Origin: Amphiscolops sp. MND2022 | Lineage: Eukaryota | Direction of reading: 5' to 3' | Length of the DNA stretch: 64,000 bases | Assembly: GCA_964187785.1 (NCBI GenBank) | Contig: OZ076421.1 | Coordinates: 48,112,001 to 48,176,000 of the forward strand | Shown here: in pieces, positions 13,301 to 28,300 of the stretch | How positions within the stretch are numbered: position 1 is the first letter of the stretch | Layout of the letters: every line of letters starts with the position of its first letter | The notes under the pieces: model-generated | Told to the model about the DNA's origin: nothing | Seen by the model: the letters and a program-made list of their open reading frames with translations, nothing else | Database searches by the model: none | Position numbers and translations under genes: made by a program

Positions 13301-16300
13301 ACTGGAATTCAAACACCCCGCTTGGCTAGACGACATCACAATAGTAACCAAAGGAACAATAGAGAAACACAAGTGAGAAGTAAAAGAAACAATGAAAAAA
13401 TTAGACTAAGCAAGATACAGGCTATATCCGAAGAAATGCGAATTTTTCAAGAAAGAGGCTGAATGGGTGGGACACCAAATAAACCAAGACGGCATAAGAC
13501 CACTACAAGACAAATTGGAAGCGATAACAAAAATAAACATACCAAAAAACAAAAAAGAACTAAAATCCTTCCTGGGAGCAATACAATATCTGTCAAAGTA
13601 CATCAAAAATCTATCAGCACAGACAGATATAGTCAGAAAACTACTGAAAAAACAAAACGAATGGATCTTGACAGAAGAACACACAGAAGCGTTCAACAAT
13701 TTGAAGGAATTAATCACCCAATTGCCATGTCTAGCGCACTACAACTCGAATAAAGAAAATATCCTAACAACCGACGCAAGTACAAAGGGACTAGGGGCTA
13801 CACTGTGGCAAAAACAAAAAGACGGAAATCTGAATCCGGTTGGCTTCGCAAGCAGATTTTTATTGGACACCGAGAAGAAATATGCGATAGACGAGCTAGA
13901 GCTACTAGCAGTAGTGCGGGGACTGGAGCATTTTCGCCTATATGTTTCTGGAACGCCAATTGAGTTACTAACCGATCACCAAGCGCTGGAACCACTAATT
14001 AAACGAAACAGATCAAAGTTTGTGAGAATTTCAATGACCACTGTTTGTCTTGTTCGTTTTCGTTTCTTCCGATGGGTCGTCCTCTTTGATAGATTCGATT
14101 GTTTTTATATCCATTCTGTTTTGTACGGTTTGGTTTGTGTCAGCTGTATGGAATGGATATTAAAACAATCGAATCTATCAAAAAAGACGACCCATCGGAA
14201 GAAACACTGAGATTAACAACAAGATGGAAGGAGATAACAAAACCAGGCGACTACAGATTCACGCAGGGACAATGGAAAAAATACAATCCATCCAGAGCAC
14301 TGCGGGCAGAACAGAAACGAATCGAAGTTGAGTTGTGGCAGAAAAGAAACAGATTGCTATGGAAACGAATGGAAAACAACAGCAGAGTGACAGAAGAAGA
14401 ACTAGAGAGAAAAAGAGTTCCATAGAGTCATCGAAAAAATGAGAGCGAAGCCAAAAAGGGACGACACCGGGCTAGCAGTAACGCACAACAACCACAAGAA
14501 CAAGAGTAAATAGAAACAATGTCATCGGACTCTGACCAAACAATCGCTGTACCGGCGATCAACTTCAAGAGATACCTGGGGGCAACCAGTGTACGATATA
14601 TACAAACGGGAACGGCGAGTAAAGTGCAATACAACGAAGAATGGGAAGAAGAAACCAATCGTCAAGCCGAACAAAAATTTTCAACCGATTAAAGAACAAT
14701 CGCAGACAAAACAACAAACGACGAAAAATTAATTAAAACACTGGTATGCCTGGAGAGGAGAAGTTACGAACAGGTACAAGACGAATACAAGGAACACCAC
14801 AAAACATGTCGACACGATTCGGAGTAGTGTTCTTTAATGACAAAATAGTATTTCCGAAGCCACTACGAAAAACAGTCATCTTACTACTACGCAAAGGCCA
14901 CCCCGCCATCAACATGACACACGCAGCCAAACCCTGCTGGTGGCCAAAACTCAACAAGGACTTTCAGACGAAATGCAACGAGTGCATTCCCTGCAAAATG
15001 TCAGGTAAGGGTATAAAACCACAAATACTAATGACGGAGACAAATTACCTACCTCCGGTAGAAAAACCAAACGAAGAAATCCAATTGGATTTCATCGGAC
15101 CAAAAAGATTTAAGCACCGGCGATTTTATATACTGATATCTATTGACCGGTATAGCGGATGGCCGGCAGCATGTATATGTGAAGCTCCTACAGGCAAAAC
15201 AGCAAAAATTTTCTTACAACAGTACATACTACTGAACGGTATCCCACAAGTAATTAGAACGGGTAAAGGAACCGCCTTCACCGGAAAAAAGTTTAGACAA
15301 ATGTGTAAAAACCTACACATTAAACTGATATATGGTACACCATATATACACACAGCTACGGGACTAGTAGAAAGGGGAATAAAAACACTGAAAGGTTTAA
15401 TGAGGACTAATTTAGAAGACAAATGCAACTTAAATGATGCTTTATACCAGTCCCTGATGGTAATGCGAATGACCATCCACTCAAAAACTAAAGAGACACC
15501 GTTTGAAAGACATTATGGTCGAAAGCCACGAACGGAACTAACCAGCTATTTAAACATACCAACGGACAAAAATGATTATGTTTCAGCACAACCGGAGACC
15601 CTACAAGTCTACTCGTTCAACAACGGACGAGGAGGATACGACCAGCTCATCATGAAAACCCCTCGAAAGCTGAAATGCGATGTTAGTAATAACCTCCCAT
15701 ACAAATTCCTAGAGAAAAAAAACAAAACAAAAACAAATTTGCAAGTGAATACAATACAAATCCACAAATAGCAGTAGTTGAAACCAAACACACAAAAACG
15801 ACGGACACAAATAAAATAATACACAAAAAAAGGAGAAGTAAACCATTACCAAACTCATTTCAGAACCCCCTATCACGAAGAGGAGAAAACCGCCGAGGTA
15901 CGGACGGAAGATTTGTCCAAACGTCCGTACAGTCAGACTCAGAAGACGAAGAAGAGGAAGAAGAAGAGACACAAACTGAGACCGATGAAAAGCGAGCAAG
16001 TACCCTAACGGCAGAAACATCAGTAGAGGGGATGGAAACCAGCTTCGACTTCACACCACCGACACAAATCGGATGAAGAAGAAAAAAGACAATCAAGTCA
16101 AAAACCCCGGAGAAAACAACCTAAAACTCCACGTGGACAGAATGAGCGAAGAACAGCTAGAACAAGCAATGGAGGCAATAGCCGAGGACCCGACAAAATT
16201 CACCATCGTCGACAACAACGGTAACGAAAATCAAAACCAAAACAATCAAAACCAAATAACAACTGAAATAACCGAATTACCAGATACAATCGAAACAAAC

Positions 16301-19300
16301 AATACAAACATACAAACTAGAAAGTCTTCTACAATAAGAGCCAATAATCCGATAATAAGATAGGGAAATCCAGTAACATTCTGATATTTACAGGAAACAC
16401 CGTTAAACGAATAAACAGTCAAGCCAGCAGAAACACACAATCAGACTGAGGAGGACCGGAAGAGAAAACAGGAGGAACGGGAGGAAACCAGTAGCATGGT
16501 ATCGAGGCGAGAAGCACCGTCAAAACTTAAACAAGAAACTGAATGGACTCAATATCAACAATTGAGTTGATACAACCTTTTTGTTTATACATGTAATCTA
16601 AATTTGTGTAACTCTGATTTATTAAATACAGTTATCACTTGTACTAGATAACTATCCCTACCAGGGGGGGAATGTGACATGAATATAGTTTGAAGGTCAA
16701 AAGTAACGCAATGTTACATAATTCTTACTTACTCTATGACCTTTTATGTTAATTACATAACATACCTGCTAGTAACATCTGCAGTACGATATAGTGGACA
16801 CTATAACTTTATCTTACGTACAATACAGTATTACATTCCCAAACTTTTTTATTCCAATGGTATACAACAGACTATTTGCCTTTTGGTGCCTTCAATAATA
16901 TCACTACTGTAGTCTATGCAGAAGAAGCAACTTTATTATTACTAATAATTGCTAACCTGTGATGTTTTGGAATCCCTTGGAGGGTAGGAGAGCGGCCTCT
17001 ATGGTGAAGAAGGGGTCTGGTGTGGAATAGGTCGCGTCCAGCGGGTAGGGCTGCATGAACTCTGGCACGGGGTACAGAGCAGTGGTCTCCATCTGGACCA
17101 CGAACTTGTCGATGGGGAGACTGTCCTCCGCGTTCCCAGTTCCAGGGTTGCCCCACGACAGCCTCTTCGTGTTGGAGTTGAAGTGCACGTTGGCCGGTCT
17201 CGGTGGATAGCCTGAAACAGACCCCAAACACTCGAGTTCGAATCCTCCACTGAGCAAAAATTATTTTATGGTTGGTTTCTGTCTGAAATATCTCGTAAAG
17301 TTTGGAGGTAAGACGCGGCTAAGCACCGGGATCATTTCAACCCTCATCTATTTTTGCGAAAACAGATCAATAATTCTGATCAAAAAATTGAACAGATTAT
17401 TTTTTAGTACTTTTTTGTAAATCTTGGGCGCTTATTTCTAAGATACCTTTCGAATAGTAATGGCATTCGTCTGTATAAGCTGAAGGTGGAACCGGCGATC
17501 ACTCCATTTTGTCGTCCAGTATCGAAAACGAAATTATTGTACTCGCAATGTGATTTTGCATCTAAAGAGGTTACAAATTTGTTCGACTTTTTATATTAGC
17601 TTTTGTTGCAGCTATACGGTGGCTACAGGTGGAGCAAATTTTGAACGCCCATTTTGAACGCTTTTAGTTACCCAAATGGGCGTTATTTATTTTCACAACT
17701 TATGGAAGTTATTCACCGTCCCCATAATTATTGGGTGAAATGCCCGCTTTGGGCTAGTGTGCAGACAACATACTGTTACAAGCACTGTAAGCAGGATTCA
17801 GGATCTTAGTTTCTGAAGTATTTACAACTTGTGTGTCTAGGTAGGTGGGGGGGGGGGCTCCTACTCATACTACTAACCAATGACGGATACTTGTGCGTCC
17901 TTGCAAGTGTCCCCGTAGAGGGTCATGTAGCAACAGGTGTAGGTGCCCTGTTGCCACTTCTGCGCCCTGTAGATCCTCAGGGTACCCTTCTGTCTCCCAT
18001 CTCCCACCTGGAATACAGACCCCAATACTTACAATACTAACTCTGATATGCACTATATATTGTCTTACACAAATGAGTTCAAACAGTTATAATGGTGCCA
18101 GTCATCCCGGCATCCAAATTGAAGCCGTTCTCAAAAATAAGCCGCGCTGAAATAGCGTATTTCTTCTAATACAGGCCACTGCTTGTAAGTCTTTTCCACA
18201 GTGATTTCGCGACCTATATTCGAAGAAATACGATAAACTATAGCTTTTAGGGTAAAATTTTCAGCTGTAATGCGGCTTCTAATCAGGGGCGGCCCGTATT
18301 CGCAGAAATTCGGTGTAAGTCACTTTCAAATATAAGTCGCCCTCAAATATAATCCGCACTGAAATATAAACCGCAAAATCACTTGGAAATGATTATGATA
18401 TTTTTTAATCGAAAAAGCGTAAATGCAATGCAGTAAAGGAGAGATGACGTAATGATGATCACTTACCATGACGTAATGCAGGTCCTCTCTGCGTGTGAAG
18501 AGTGGCTCCACGTACCAGGAGATGTCGGTGCCGTAGTACTTGAGAACGACTGCTTCTTCGGCTTCTAACTCCTGTTCACGTTCATGTTCAGAAGGGATGC
18601 CAACATGAATACAAAACATGCACGGCACTGCAGTCTAATGACATAACTGTTTTTTGGAAAAAAATTATTGCTGACATAAAATAATTATTTCATGTATAAA
18701 AAATAAATTTAAATAAGTTTTAAAAAATTCTAAATACAAAAATAAAAAAATATATTTTCAGTAAATGCTGCTACATGTATGTGTAATAAAATCTGTCTTA
18801 TTGGCCCCCAATTGCCAAACTATATTCTACATGTAAACAAGTGTACATTTTATTCCTTTCTCTTGAAATCAAGAAATTATTTTTCATAAAATATTTTATT
18901 TTTCATTTAAAGAAAATTTTTATCATTAAATTAATAATTATGCAAAAAATATGAAATCCCTGATTTTTTTCATCCCTGTGAACCGTTTCAGATCTGCACC
19001 AGGTAGTTTTTAAGGTGCTAGGTCAATTGGCCGACAGTGCAATTGGCCGACCTGACTGAATACTTTCAGAACATCGTGATTGAAGCATAAAAAGGAATTA
19101 ATAATTTCGAAAAAAGGAAATCAGGAAATGAAGCTGCTGACCTTCATTCGCAATTGTTTACTTTTTTGCATTTTTTAAAAATGAAGAAATAGTAAGCGTG
19201 TTCATATAAAACTTTTGGTGAATTCCCATAGCTCCGAATATCCATAGCTCCGAAAACGAAATCGAGTGTCATAACTCCGAAAATTTATTGTAGTTGATAA

Positions 19301-22300
19301 GATAAGCAAATCAAGCAAAGAATGAAAATTCAAGTGGTGCTCTCGTTCCGGTCCACCCACGTTTCGAAAATCCTGAAACCGCCCCTAATAATTAAGTCAA
19401 AATGCAAGTTTTGAAGGTTGTTAGTTCTAAGCCAGGCAAAATCGTTATTTTCGATATAAAACAACAATATCGACGTTGTAATTGAATTCAAATAAATGAA
19501 GTAAATTCAATTTTAATTTCGGAGCTGTACACGTGGCACTAGATTTTAATTTCGGAGCTATGGCACTGTTTTAATTTCGGAGATAAGGCACTGAATTTCA
19601 AATTCGGAGCTATGAATAGTCACCAAAACTTTTGATGCACATCTAACTTTTGATTCGATGCGAATTATAGTTGCATAACAAAATTGAGAATTTGTTCACT
19701 GATATCGAATCATATTCGATCGGATCAGCTAACTTCACAGTCTGTAAGTTTCAATGAATAAATTATGACGTCATTTTGAAGCCTTCAGAGAGATTTAGGA
19801 AATCATCATGAACACTCTGGGACTGTATTCGTAATGAGAGATGAGAAATGAACGATTGATTATAATACACTAATTTCCAAACAAAATTGTCGTTTTCACT
19901 TGTTCTTTGCGAATTGTAGAAATGAAAACAATTCATTTTGTGAATCACATTTATCTTGAGGGAATTCCTGTCACAGTCCGCGCCCGGATTGGATTGAACT
20001 ATAAAAGCAAACTAAAACTAATTTACGTCACCGCTTCGCCAAAACGATTGAATTTGCGCAGCGACTACGCTACGTCACAGCCTCGTCTACGCATACCAGA
20101 AAATCATTCCGATTATCCGCCTATACTAATAGTTTACTAGAAATCTTTCCAATTTTCCGTCAATGTGACGTCACAGCGCTGGCAGCTATCTAGCTAAAGT
20201 CTAATTCTAAATACTCGTCAGCATCCCGTCAAACTAGTCAAAATCTCATTTCTGCCACGAAAACTAGTCAACATGACGTTGACAAGTTTTTGAAGTTTAA
20301 ATTCTGCCAAGAAAACGCGTCTACATGACTGTGACATGTTTATGAAGCTTAAATTCTGCCAAGAAAACGCGTCAACATGACGTTGGCAAGTTTATGAAAT
20401 TAGACGTTTTTGAGTATTTTCCATCAAAATAGTTTTAATCCGTCCAAAATACCAAATTTACGTCCACGCTACGGCCACAATAATTGCGGACTAAGTCTAA
20501 TACCAAAGTTACGTCCACACTACGTCCCAATTAACTAACCAAGCCAAATTTTGAATCTACGTCAACGCTACGCCAACTTATATACTAGAAGTTGAGAAAA
20601 CACATTTCTACGTCAGTATTGCGTCGACTAAGATTGAATTCGATCGGAATATGGTATTTAAGCCAGGATTTTTCAGACTAACTTAAAATAACAGTGTTTT
20701 ACGCTATTTAAATTGGAGAGTCACAGTTTATATTCAGTTTGTGTTAATAAAGTGCAGTCTAAGCAGGCGTTTTAAATGTATGCTTTGATAACCTAATTTA
20801 TTAAATTCATTGGCTGTTTGACGATGTCACGTCGTCTTTTATTGTTGCTCAAAGGTGTTTCTCTTAACTTTATACAGATAAATACTTGTTAATTGTTGAA
20901 ATATATAATTGTTTAACCTCATGTAAATCAGTCACTCTCTTAGCATCACCAAATTGTCTAAATCATGATAATTAGTCATGATTTTCTTCAAGTAAAAATT
21001 CAAAATCAGGTATTAATTGTTCACGTCAGCGTCATCTCCGCGTCGGTTTCTTACGAACCAAAGCAGTAAAACGGGGAAATATTTCCGATTTGACAGACTG
21101 AAGTAATTACTACTTCCTGCTTGGGAGGAAACAAAAGGACGCCGGAATGAAATGATATGATCATGGTTGATGACTAATACTAGATTAGAATTGCTGTGTC
21201 TTAAAAATTAACGAAATGCTTACGCAGATCAAAATTTTGCCGCAAAATTACAGGAAGTGACTAATATCTCGATGGAAATTAAAGTACGCAAGTATGAACC
21301 GATGATGCTAGGAGGGTATATTTAGCTTGTACCTGTAAAAATATTCAATTCAATTTGTTATTCAACCTGCGTTTCAGTTTTGGTTTCAATTTCGATTGAA
21401 TATCTACCTTCGTAAAACGCAAAACTCAAAATTTACATTTCAAATACATTGTTCAAAACAATCATACCTTCATCAAAATGTCAACTAGAGGTCGGAAAAC
21501 AGTCTAGCAGGAGATTAGCAAAAAACACCCAAAATAGCCAAAGTAGCGATCGAACAAAGTTCGTAACAATTCCAATCTTTCTGATAAAGCAACGATTAGC
21601 GTTCTGGTTGATCAAGGTCAAATTTTCCTTTGACATGTTTTAAAAGTAGACGCTAAAATAGACGTTGAGACAGTAAGAAAATTAAACTTTTTATCTACAA
21701 AATGTATGTATTGAAACTGAACTGAAAAAAATATATACATTTGATTCCGGTTTATGATTGACCTGATATTTTTATTACTTATGTTCCAAAAAATACCCCC
21801 AAAAACCGTCTAAATCTTACCTATCAAGCGGCTTCAAGATACACGGTGCCGGAAAGCGTCCCTAATGCTACACGGGCCATCAGGGAAACCCTTTTTCAAA
21901 TGTAAAATTAAAAGCTAAACGCAACAGAACCGTTTCTTGTAATAATGACACGAAATGGAGAAATCTCACCCTTCAACGAATTTTTCATGGGTTGATATGG
22001 ATGAGTCATAGATGATCAACATGGATGATTAGCCATGATTTGGTATCTGATATAAATCATCCATGATTTGCCATGAAATTGCAAGTAATACCATGTAAAC
22101 GTCGAGATAATGGATGAAAGGCCGAGAATGAGCCATGACAGTCAACCTGGGTTGTCACCAAATTATTTCGAATTTTCATTACCAGTTGGCGTCACTACAA
22201 AACAGTTGCCGAATGTAAAAGAATGAGTTTACAGTACAAGCTAAATCTTTTCAGACCATCTTTGTTCACGTGTTTTTCAATCTCAAGGCAAAAAAGTGAC

Positions 22301-25300
22301 AAAATATTTCGGGCGAGATAAATTAAATCTCAATAATGATAGAAATGAACTAATATTTGATCTTCTGACCTTGTACTGAATATTGTAAGAACATACACCT
22401 ATTCTAACTGCCATAGAACTATACCTAACTGGCATAAAACTATACAGGTTTTTGAGTTTTTCCGTATCATGCAGATTATTTTTTTACCGCTTCTCCATAC
22501 CATTAAGGTCAGGGGACTTACTGGGTCACTATATTGTTGCAATTCCTCCTTGGTCAATAAACTTGTTACTTCGGCCGTGTGGATGTCGCAATTGTCCATA
22601 TTGCGCCGTGTGATAGCTGCCATGAGATCCATAATCGAGGAATCAATAAAGGAGCGTAGCATAGACTTATAAACAGCCCCATTTACAATGCCAAAAAATA
22701 TCAGTTACAAAATTGCAGTAGGGAATGGGATGCCCTATACATTATTCCACTTTCCAGCAAATTCGATCTGCGATCCAGTTTGAAACATTCGCACTCTTCG
22801 GTTTTATGATCGGTCTTCAAAACTATACATTTACGCGCCTTGCTAAAACCAAATCCTTTACCAGTAAGGGCACGGTGCATAGTGCGAATAGAAATATCAA
22901 AATGTAAATTATTCAACCATTTCCGTGCAGTAATTTTCGTTTTCGTTTTCTTAATAATGGAAATATGGGTTTTAATTGAACAATGATCTTTTCGATTAAA
23001 TTTGTAAGGGTGACCCAAATGCTTTTTCGGTTTATCGTAGTCATACTTTACCATATATTCTACAGTTTTCCGTGTAAAGTAGGTTTCTCCAAGTTTGGCA
23101 TAAGATTTTCCGCCCGTCCAGTGTTTTCTGTTTCATGAATCTTATTTCGCAAGAATGCATTCCAAATCCAAATTAGGGATAATGATTACCAATTAACGTG
23201 AGTAGTTTCATTCAAGCAAACTGTTCGGTGGAAGTGAAAATTTAATCGCCTGAAACATTTTGTCACTTTTTTACGCTGCTGCATGAATTCACATGTTTTG
23301 AAATGGTCTGAAAATTAGTGACACGTAGCGTATAGAAAAACCGATCCATATAAGCCTACGCCAGAACATTTGGAAAGTCTGTGGCCGACAGATGAATGTT
23401 TCTAGTAGTGATTTTAGTTAGCATCCCTGTTTGTACTGCTCCTTGGACTTGTAGGGGTCATAGGGGTCCCACAAGTTGACCTCTCTCAGCTGCTCCTCAC
23501 TCGTGACCCCTCTCCTCACGCCCGCATTTGACCTGCACAGAGGACAAAGGTCAATGGATGATGGATTCATTTACAGGGGGCTTTGTGCAACAGTGTATTC
23601 ATAGAAAACACCTTTGAATGTATTTGGGCTCTTTTCTCTTTTCCCTCCCACCACCAAATTTTTTTTTCGAAAATTAATCAAAATCTTATAACAAAAAGAC
23701 TTGAATGTCAACCAGAAAGCTTCAAATTTAGATTTATTCTTAGTGTGACAGTGTAGGATTCAGAAACAAACTTTGTTCACACTTTTTCCCTATGTAGTCT
23801 CACACTTTTTTTGATGAAGAAATCAACAGCTTCCTGTTTTGAGTCATCAATAAACACTTAACACGAACATAATTATAGACAAAAAGTGTAAACAATGTTT
23901 TGTTCCAGCAAAAACTATTCCAATAGACCTAAACTTCCCGTAATGAAAAAATTTTTACTTTTAATTAGGCTAGTCTAAGGTTTTTAAGCAAATTTCTTTC
24001 AAAAATTTTGGTGGCGAGTGGGGGGCAGAAAAGATCATGTATTTTTTTCTTTTTTAAAGACTACGATACCTTGGGAAACATCTTTGGAAAAATTAGAAAA
24101 CAACAAGAAAAAAGGGTAAACTTTTCATTTTAGGGAGGCCTAAAGGTTATTAACTTCCTCGCATTAAACTTTAGTAAGTTTATAACTATTGTCAGCTGCA
24201 GCACCAATTTTGTCAGGGCGTTCATTTCGAGAAAAACTAGAGGAAATTTCAAACTTCGCGCTTTTTTCATTGTCCGAAAAAGCTATGAGCAGAAACTTCT
24301 CAAGTCAGCTACTGAATCTGATCCGTGAAACGTACAACTTATGTTTTTAGTATCCCGCGAACACTGTCGAACTTCATACAAAGCTATCAATGTGGATGTT
24401 GTTTTGAGTGAAAGAGTTTGATTGAAGGGCGACAAGAATTTATGTAACGAGAAGTAAAGTTAGTAACAATGGATGGAAACTTTCTCCATTTTTCGATCGG
24501 ACCAAAATATTTTCACACACTCGTTTCTCTAAAATGTTGCGTAGAACTTTCGAGGATTCAAGTTTACAGTACTTCAAGAGAATCTGATAGGTTTCCAATC
24601 AGATGTGCAACGAGACCTCCCGTTTCTCAGCCAGGCCGATCATAATGTGTATGGCAACATCATGTATGGCACCATCATGCATGGCACCATCATGTATGGC
24701 ACCATCATGTATGGCAAAATCATGTATGGCACCATCATGTATGACACCATCATGTATGGCACCATCATGTATGGCACCATCATTTATGGCACCATATAAA
24801 CATGCCAATTCGGTTGTTTGAACTTACTATGATCTCGCTTGAATCCTATACGGTCTAGACTATGTTCAGGCTGTAACCAGAAACGTATGATCAATAATCA
24901 TGCAGTATTCATTAGTGGTGCACTGGGCAGGAAGTTTTCGATTCGACCGGGCAGCGCTCATTGCAGCAAGACACTGAACTGACCAGACATTATCCTCAAC
25001 TATAAGCAATGACAGACTGTTTTTGGAATTGGACAAGGCGCATAATGAAAAACAGGGTAAACGTTCATTCTAAAATAATGGGGAAATTGTATTTTGATTG
25101 AGATCAAAATGCTGGAAATTTTCAAAAAAAAATTGACCGTTTGAAAAAGTTTCATGAGATATGCTATCATTTGCTAAGATATTTTTCCGGACAGATTCCG
25201 TCAAACGTCCGGACCGGACATTTTTCTGGAATCCGGCCGGTTATTGGACCGCGGACTTGATGTCCGGTACACTCCTAGTATGTATGATGTCAAACTAAGA

Positions 25301-28300
25301 TCAGGTCTTTTCTGTTATTCCCCCCCCCCCAGCCTACTGGCTTAAAAATCATTTCCCCCATCAACATTTCATTTGTTAGGATAAGAATCGTAGTATATGA
25401 CTCACTTCTTAATGAGTTCTTATTGGGGGGAACAAATTTGTTGGGGGGGGGAATAACAGAAAAGACCCCTAAGATCAGGCTGTTCTTTTTTGGGATTGAA
25501 CTCCGGGAGATGAGATTCTAAGTTGGGGAGGGGTTCTTTGGATGCTGTTGTTGGCTCCTCACCTGGAAAACTTCCCTGGTCCCGCGGAGGGGTAGAAGGG
25601 GTTCTGGTCGGGGGAGGAGGAATAGGCGAAAAAGGGAAACTGGAATTTGAGAGCCTGCTGCTTGTCGACTGTCGTTCGCAGAATGAAGGCGGGGTCGTCT
25701 GAGCCGAATTTGGAATCCAGGCGGCGATAGAATCTGCAACAAACAAAAAGATGTTACCATGGAGGTTCTTGTTGAGCTAGAAATGTGCATTGCAATATTT
25801 CAATCTACTTTCAGCTTTATTTTTCATTGACCCCTTGTCGAATTCCCAACTACCTAAGATAGGTTCTTTCTTCGGTGGCACATCAGTTCTCCTCAACATT
25901 TGAGTAAAATAATCCTTTCTTCGTTTTTTTTTCAAATTCTGCCAAATTCTGCATATTTTACTCATCGTGTCCCAGTTGGTAGCGCGTCCGTCTGGCAGAC
26001 AAGGAGGTCATGGGTTCGAAACCGGGCTGGAGCCCGAATTTTTTATGGCTGGAAATATTACGGTGCTTAGCGGGCTTCTTCTTGTCTAACAAGCAACGTC
26101 GTTTCTCCTGATCTTCGATTAGTTTCCCGACTGCAATAATGAGCGAGTCAACCCAACTTACGATTCAATTTCCCACATTTTCTCCTTGGGACTGGGCGCC
26201 AACTCCTTGCCGTCGAGGAGCCACACGAAGTGACCTTCGTCCGGGTTCTCTGAGCCCAGATTGCACTCCAGATCCAGGGTCCTGTTCACGAGAGTCGTCT
26301 GCTTCTCTTGCGTCACTTGCAGGTCCACCTGGGCTGAAATGTACACAGACAATCACAACGATTACGTACAAAACATAAGAGCAAATAATATGAAAACGAA
26401 ATAAGTCCCATTTAACATAAAAATGAAATTAGTTTCATATAACATGAAAATATAACCGAATACCCGGTTAAACAATCGAACTCACAAAATTTTATCTGAA
26501 ATGTTCATACTTTTTTCAGTGAATCTTTTGAATTGTGAATGCTTTTGAACACTAAAACTTTCTCGCAAACAATTTTATTTTTATGTTTAGTGAAACTCAT
26601 TTCATTTTTTTTGTTATTTGAAACTAATTTACACTTTATGTTATTTTGCTCATATCTTATTCGGGAATCCACAATCAAAACAACGCTAAACATGGTGCTA
26701 ATTTGCAGTTCATTACGTGACTGAAGTTATTTTGCATTAAATGAGCTGTAAATTTTATAGCAATGTATTTGATTTTGAAATTATAACTGCTGCTTAACGA
26801 AACCTGCAAAACCTCGAGGCTTGAAATTGACGCAAAACTTTGACGAATCTTTCAAGCAGCTTGATAAAAGGTAAACACAACAGGGAATTATTTTCACATG
26901 AAAAGTTCCCTAACAGCTTCAGAAAATCATCATTGTTGGCAAAATTAAAGTACCTGCAAAAAGTTTCAACAGGGGGACCCATTTTGGATCACTTTTAGTA
27001 TACCTAAGCTGTGCCTAGGTTGAACCGAAACTCGGTAGAGGTTATTACGGATGAACCGTATAACACTCGGGGTCTATATCTCAGGGGGATCTAGTTCAAT
27101 TCTATTATTTTATTCCTGCTATTTTTAATGCAGAGACTTGAGAAATTGTTGTAAAAAATCAATGGAAGTGCAATAGATAATTACAGACACTACATCAACA
27201 GTACATTACATTAGGAATTGAGAAAGCTTTAGAATTGTTTTATCCCGTTCATGAATCAATACTGTTCTAAACATTATGATGATCTTTCATCTGATAATAA
27301 CTTAAGTTAAGAAAAGACACATTTGTAAAAAAAGATATTCTTTATCTCGACTATTCAGTATCAAAACTGAACTTCTAATGAACATAAAATGTAGTTGCAG
27401 TTCGAGCTCGTTTGCCAACAACTTGCTAGTAGGTTGAACCGAAACTCGGTAGAGGTTATTACGGATGAACCGTATAACACTCGGGGTCTATATCTCAGGG
27501 GGATCTAGTTCAATTCTATTATTTTATTCCTGCTATTTTTAATGCAGAGTACTTGAGAAATTGTTGTAAAAAATCAATGGAAGTGCAATAGATAATTACA
27601 GACACTACATCAACAGTACATTACATTAGGAATTGAGAAAGCTTTAGAATTGTTTTATCCCGTTCATGAATCAATACTGTTCTAAACATTATGATGATCT
27701 TGATTATTTACAGAAGATGTACATCGACACTAGGATTTTCTGTTAAAGGGATTTTTTACTGCTGATACTGGGATTGTTATGACGTAGACATTTTCTCATT
27801 GGTCGCTTTCATGATCTACTTGGACTATAGAAATTGATTCTGATTTTCACAATCGGTTTCATCTCACTAAACAGGTCTTTCGAATTACGATCAAATCAGG
27901 AAAACAAAATTGGACTTCCAAGGTATTGAAAGATTTTTAACTAAATCAGTTTTTGGAAACAAGAAACTCAAACATTGATGCCACAGTTCATGTTTAGATT
28001 TAAAGATACAATTATTGATTAGGGGATGTATCACATGTGCAAAAGTATCTAATCATATTGAATAGCGCTGCGAAGAGGTTAGAATTCGCGCGTTCGTTTC
28101 GTCTTCAGAAGACAGCAATTAACAACTCGATAGCGTTCATCAAATTACGTTTTATATCCCCAGTTGACTAAAGCATACTTGCAACTTTTTGAACATTCTG
28201 GTTTGAATTTGTCCATTACTAAACTATCAACAACTGCGCATATCATAAAATTGAAGTCTAGTGCGTTGAAAAGGTCTGATAACAGGTTTGCATTTTGGTC

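Larger units (their letters stand above)
6898..13684. repeat. Tandem segmental duplication (unit 1: 6898-10620; unit 2: 10621-13684)
   Basis: 6898-7034 matches 10621-10757 and 7693-10620 matches 10756-13684, with scattered SNPs; unit 2 lacks the 658-bp MITE. Confidence 0.93.

Noticed and set aside
24599-24821. GAIHD / MAPSC / GTIMY repeat ORFs
   Set aside because: 15-bp minisatellite artefacts.
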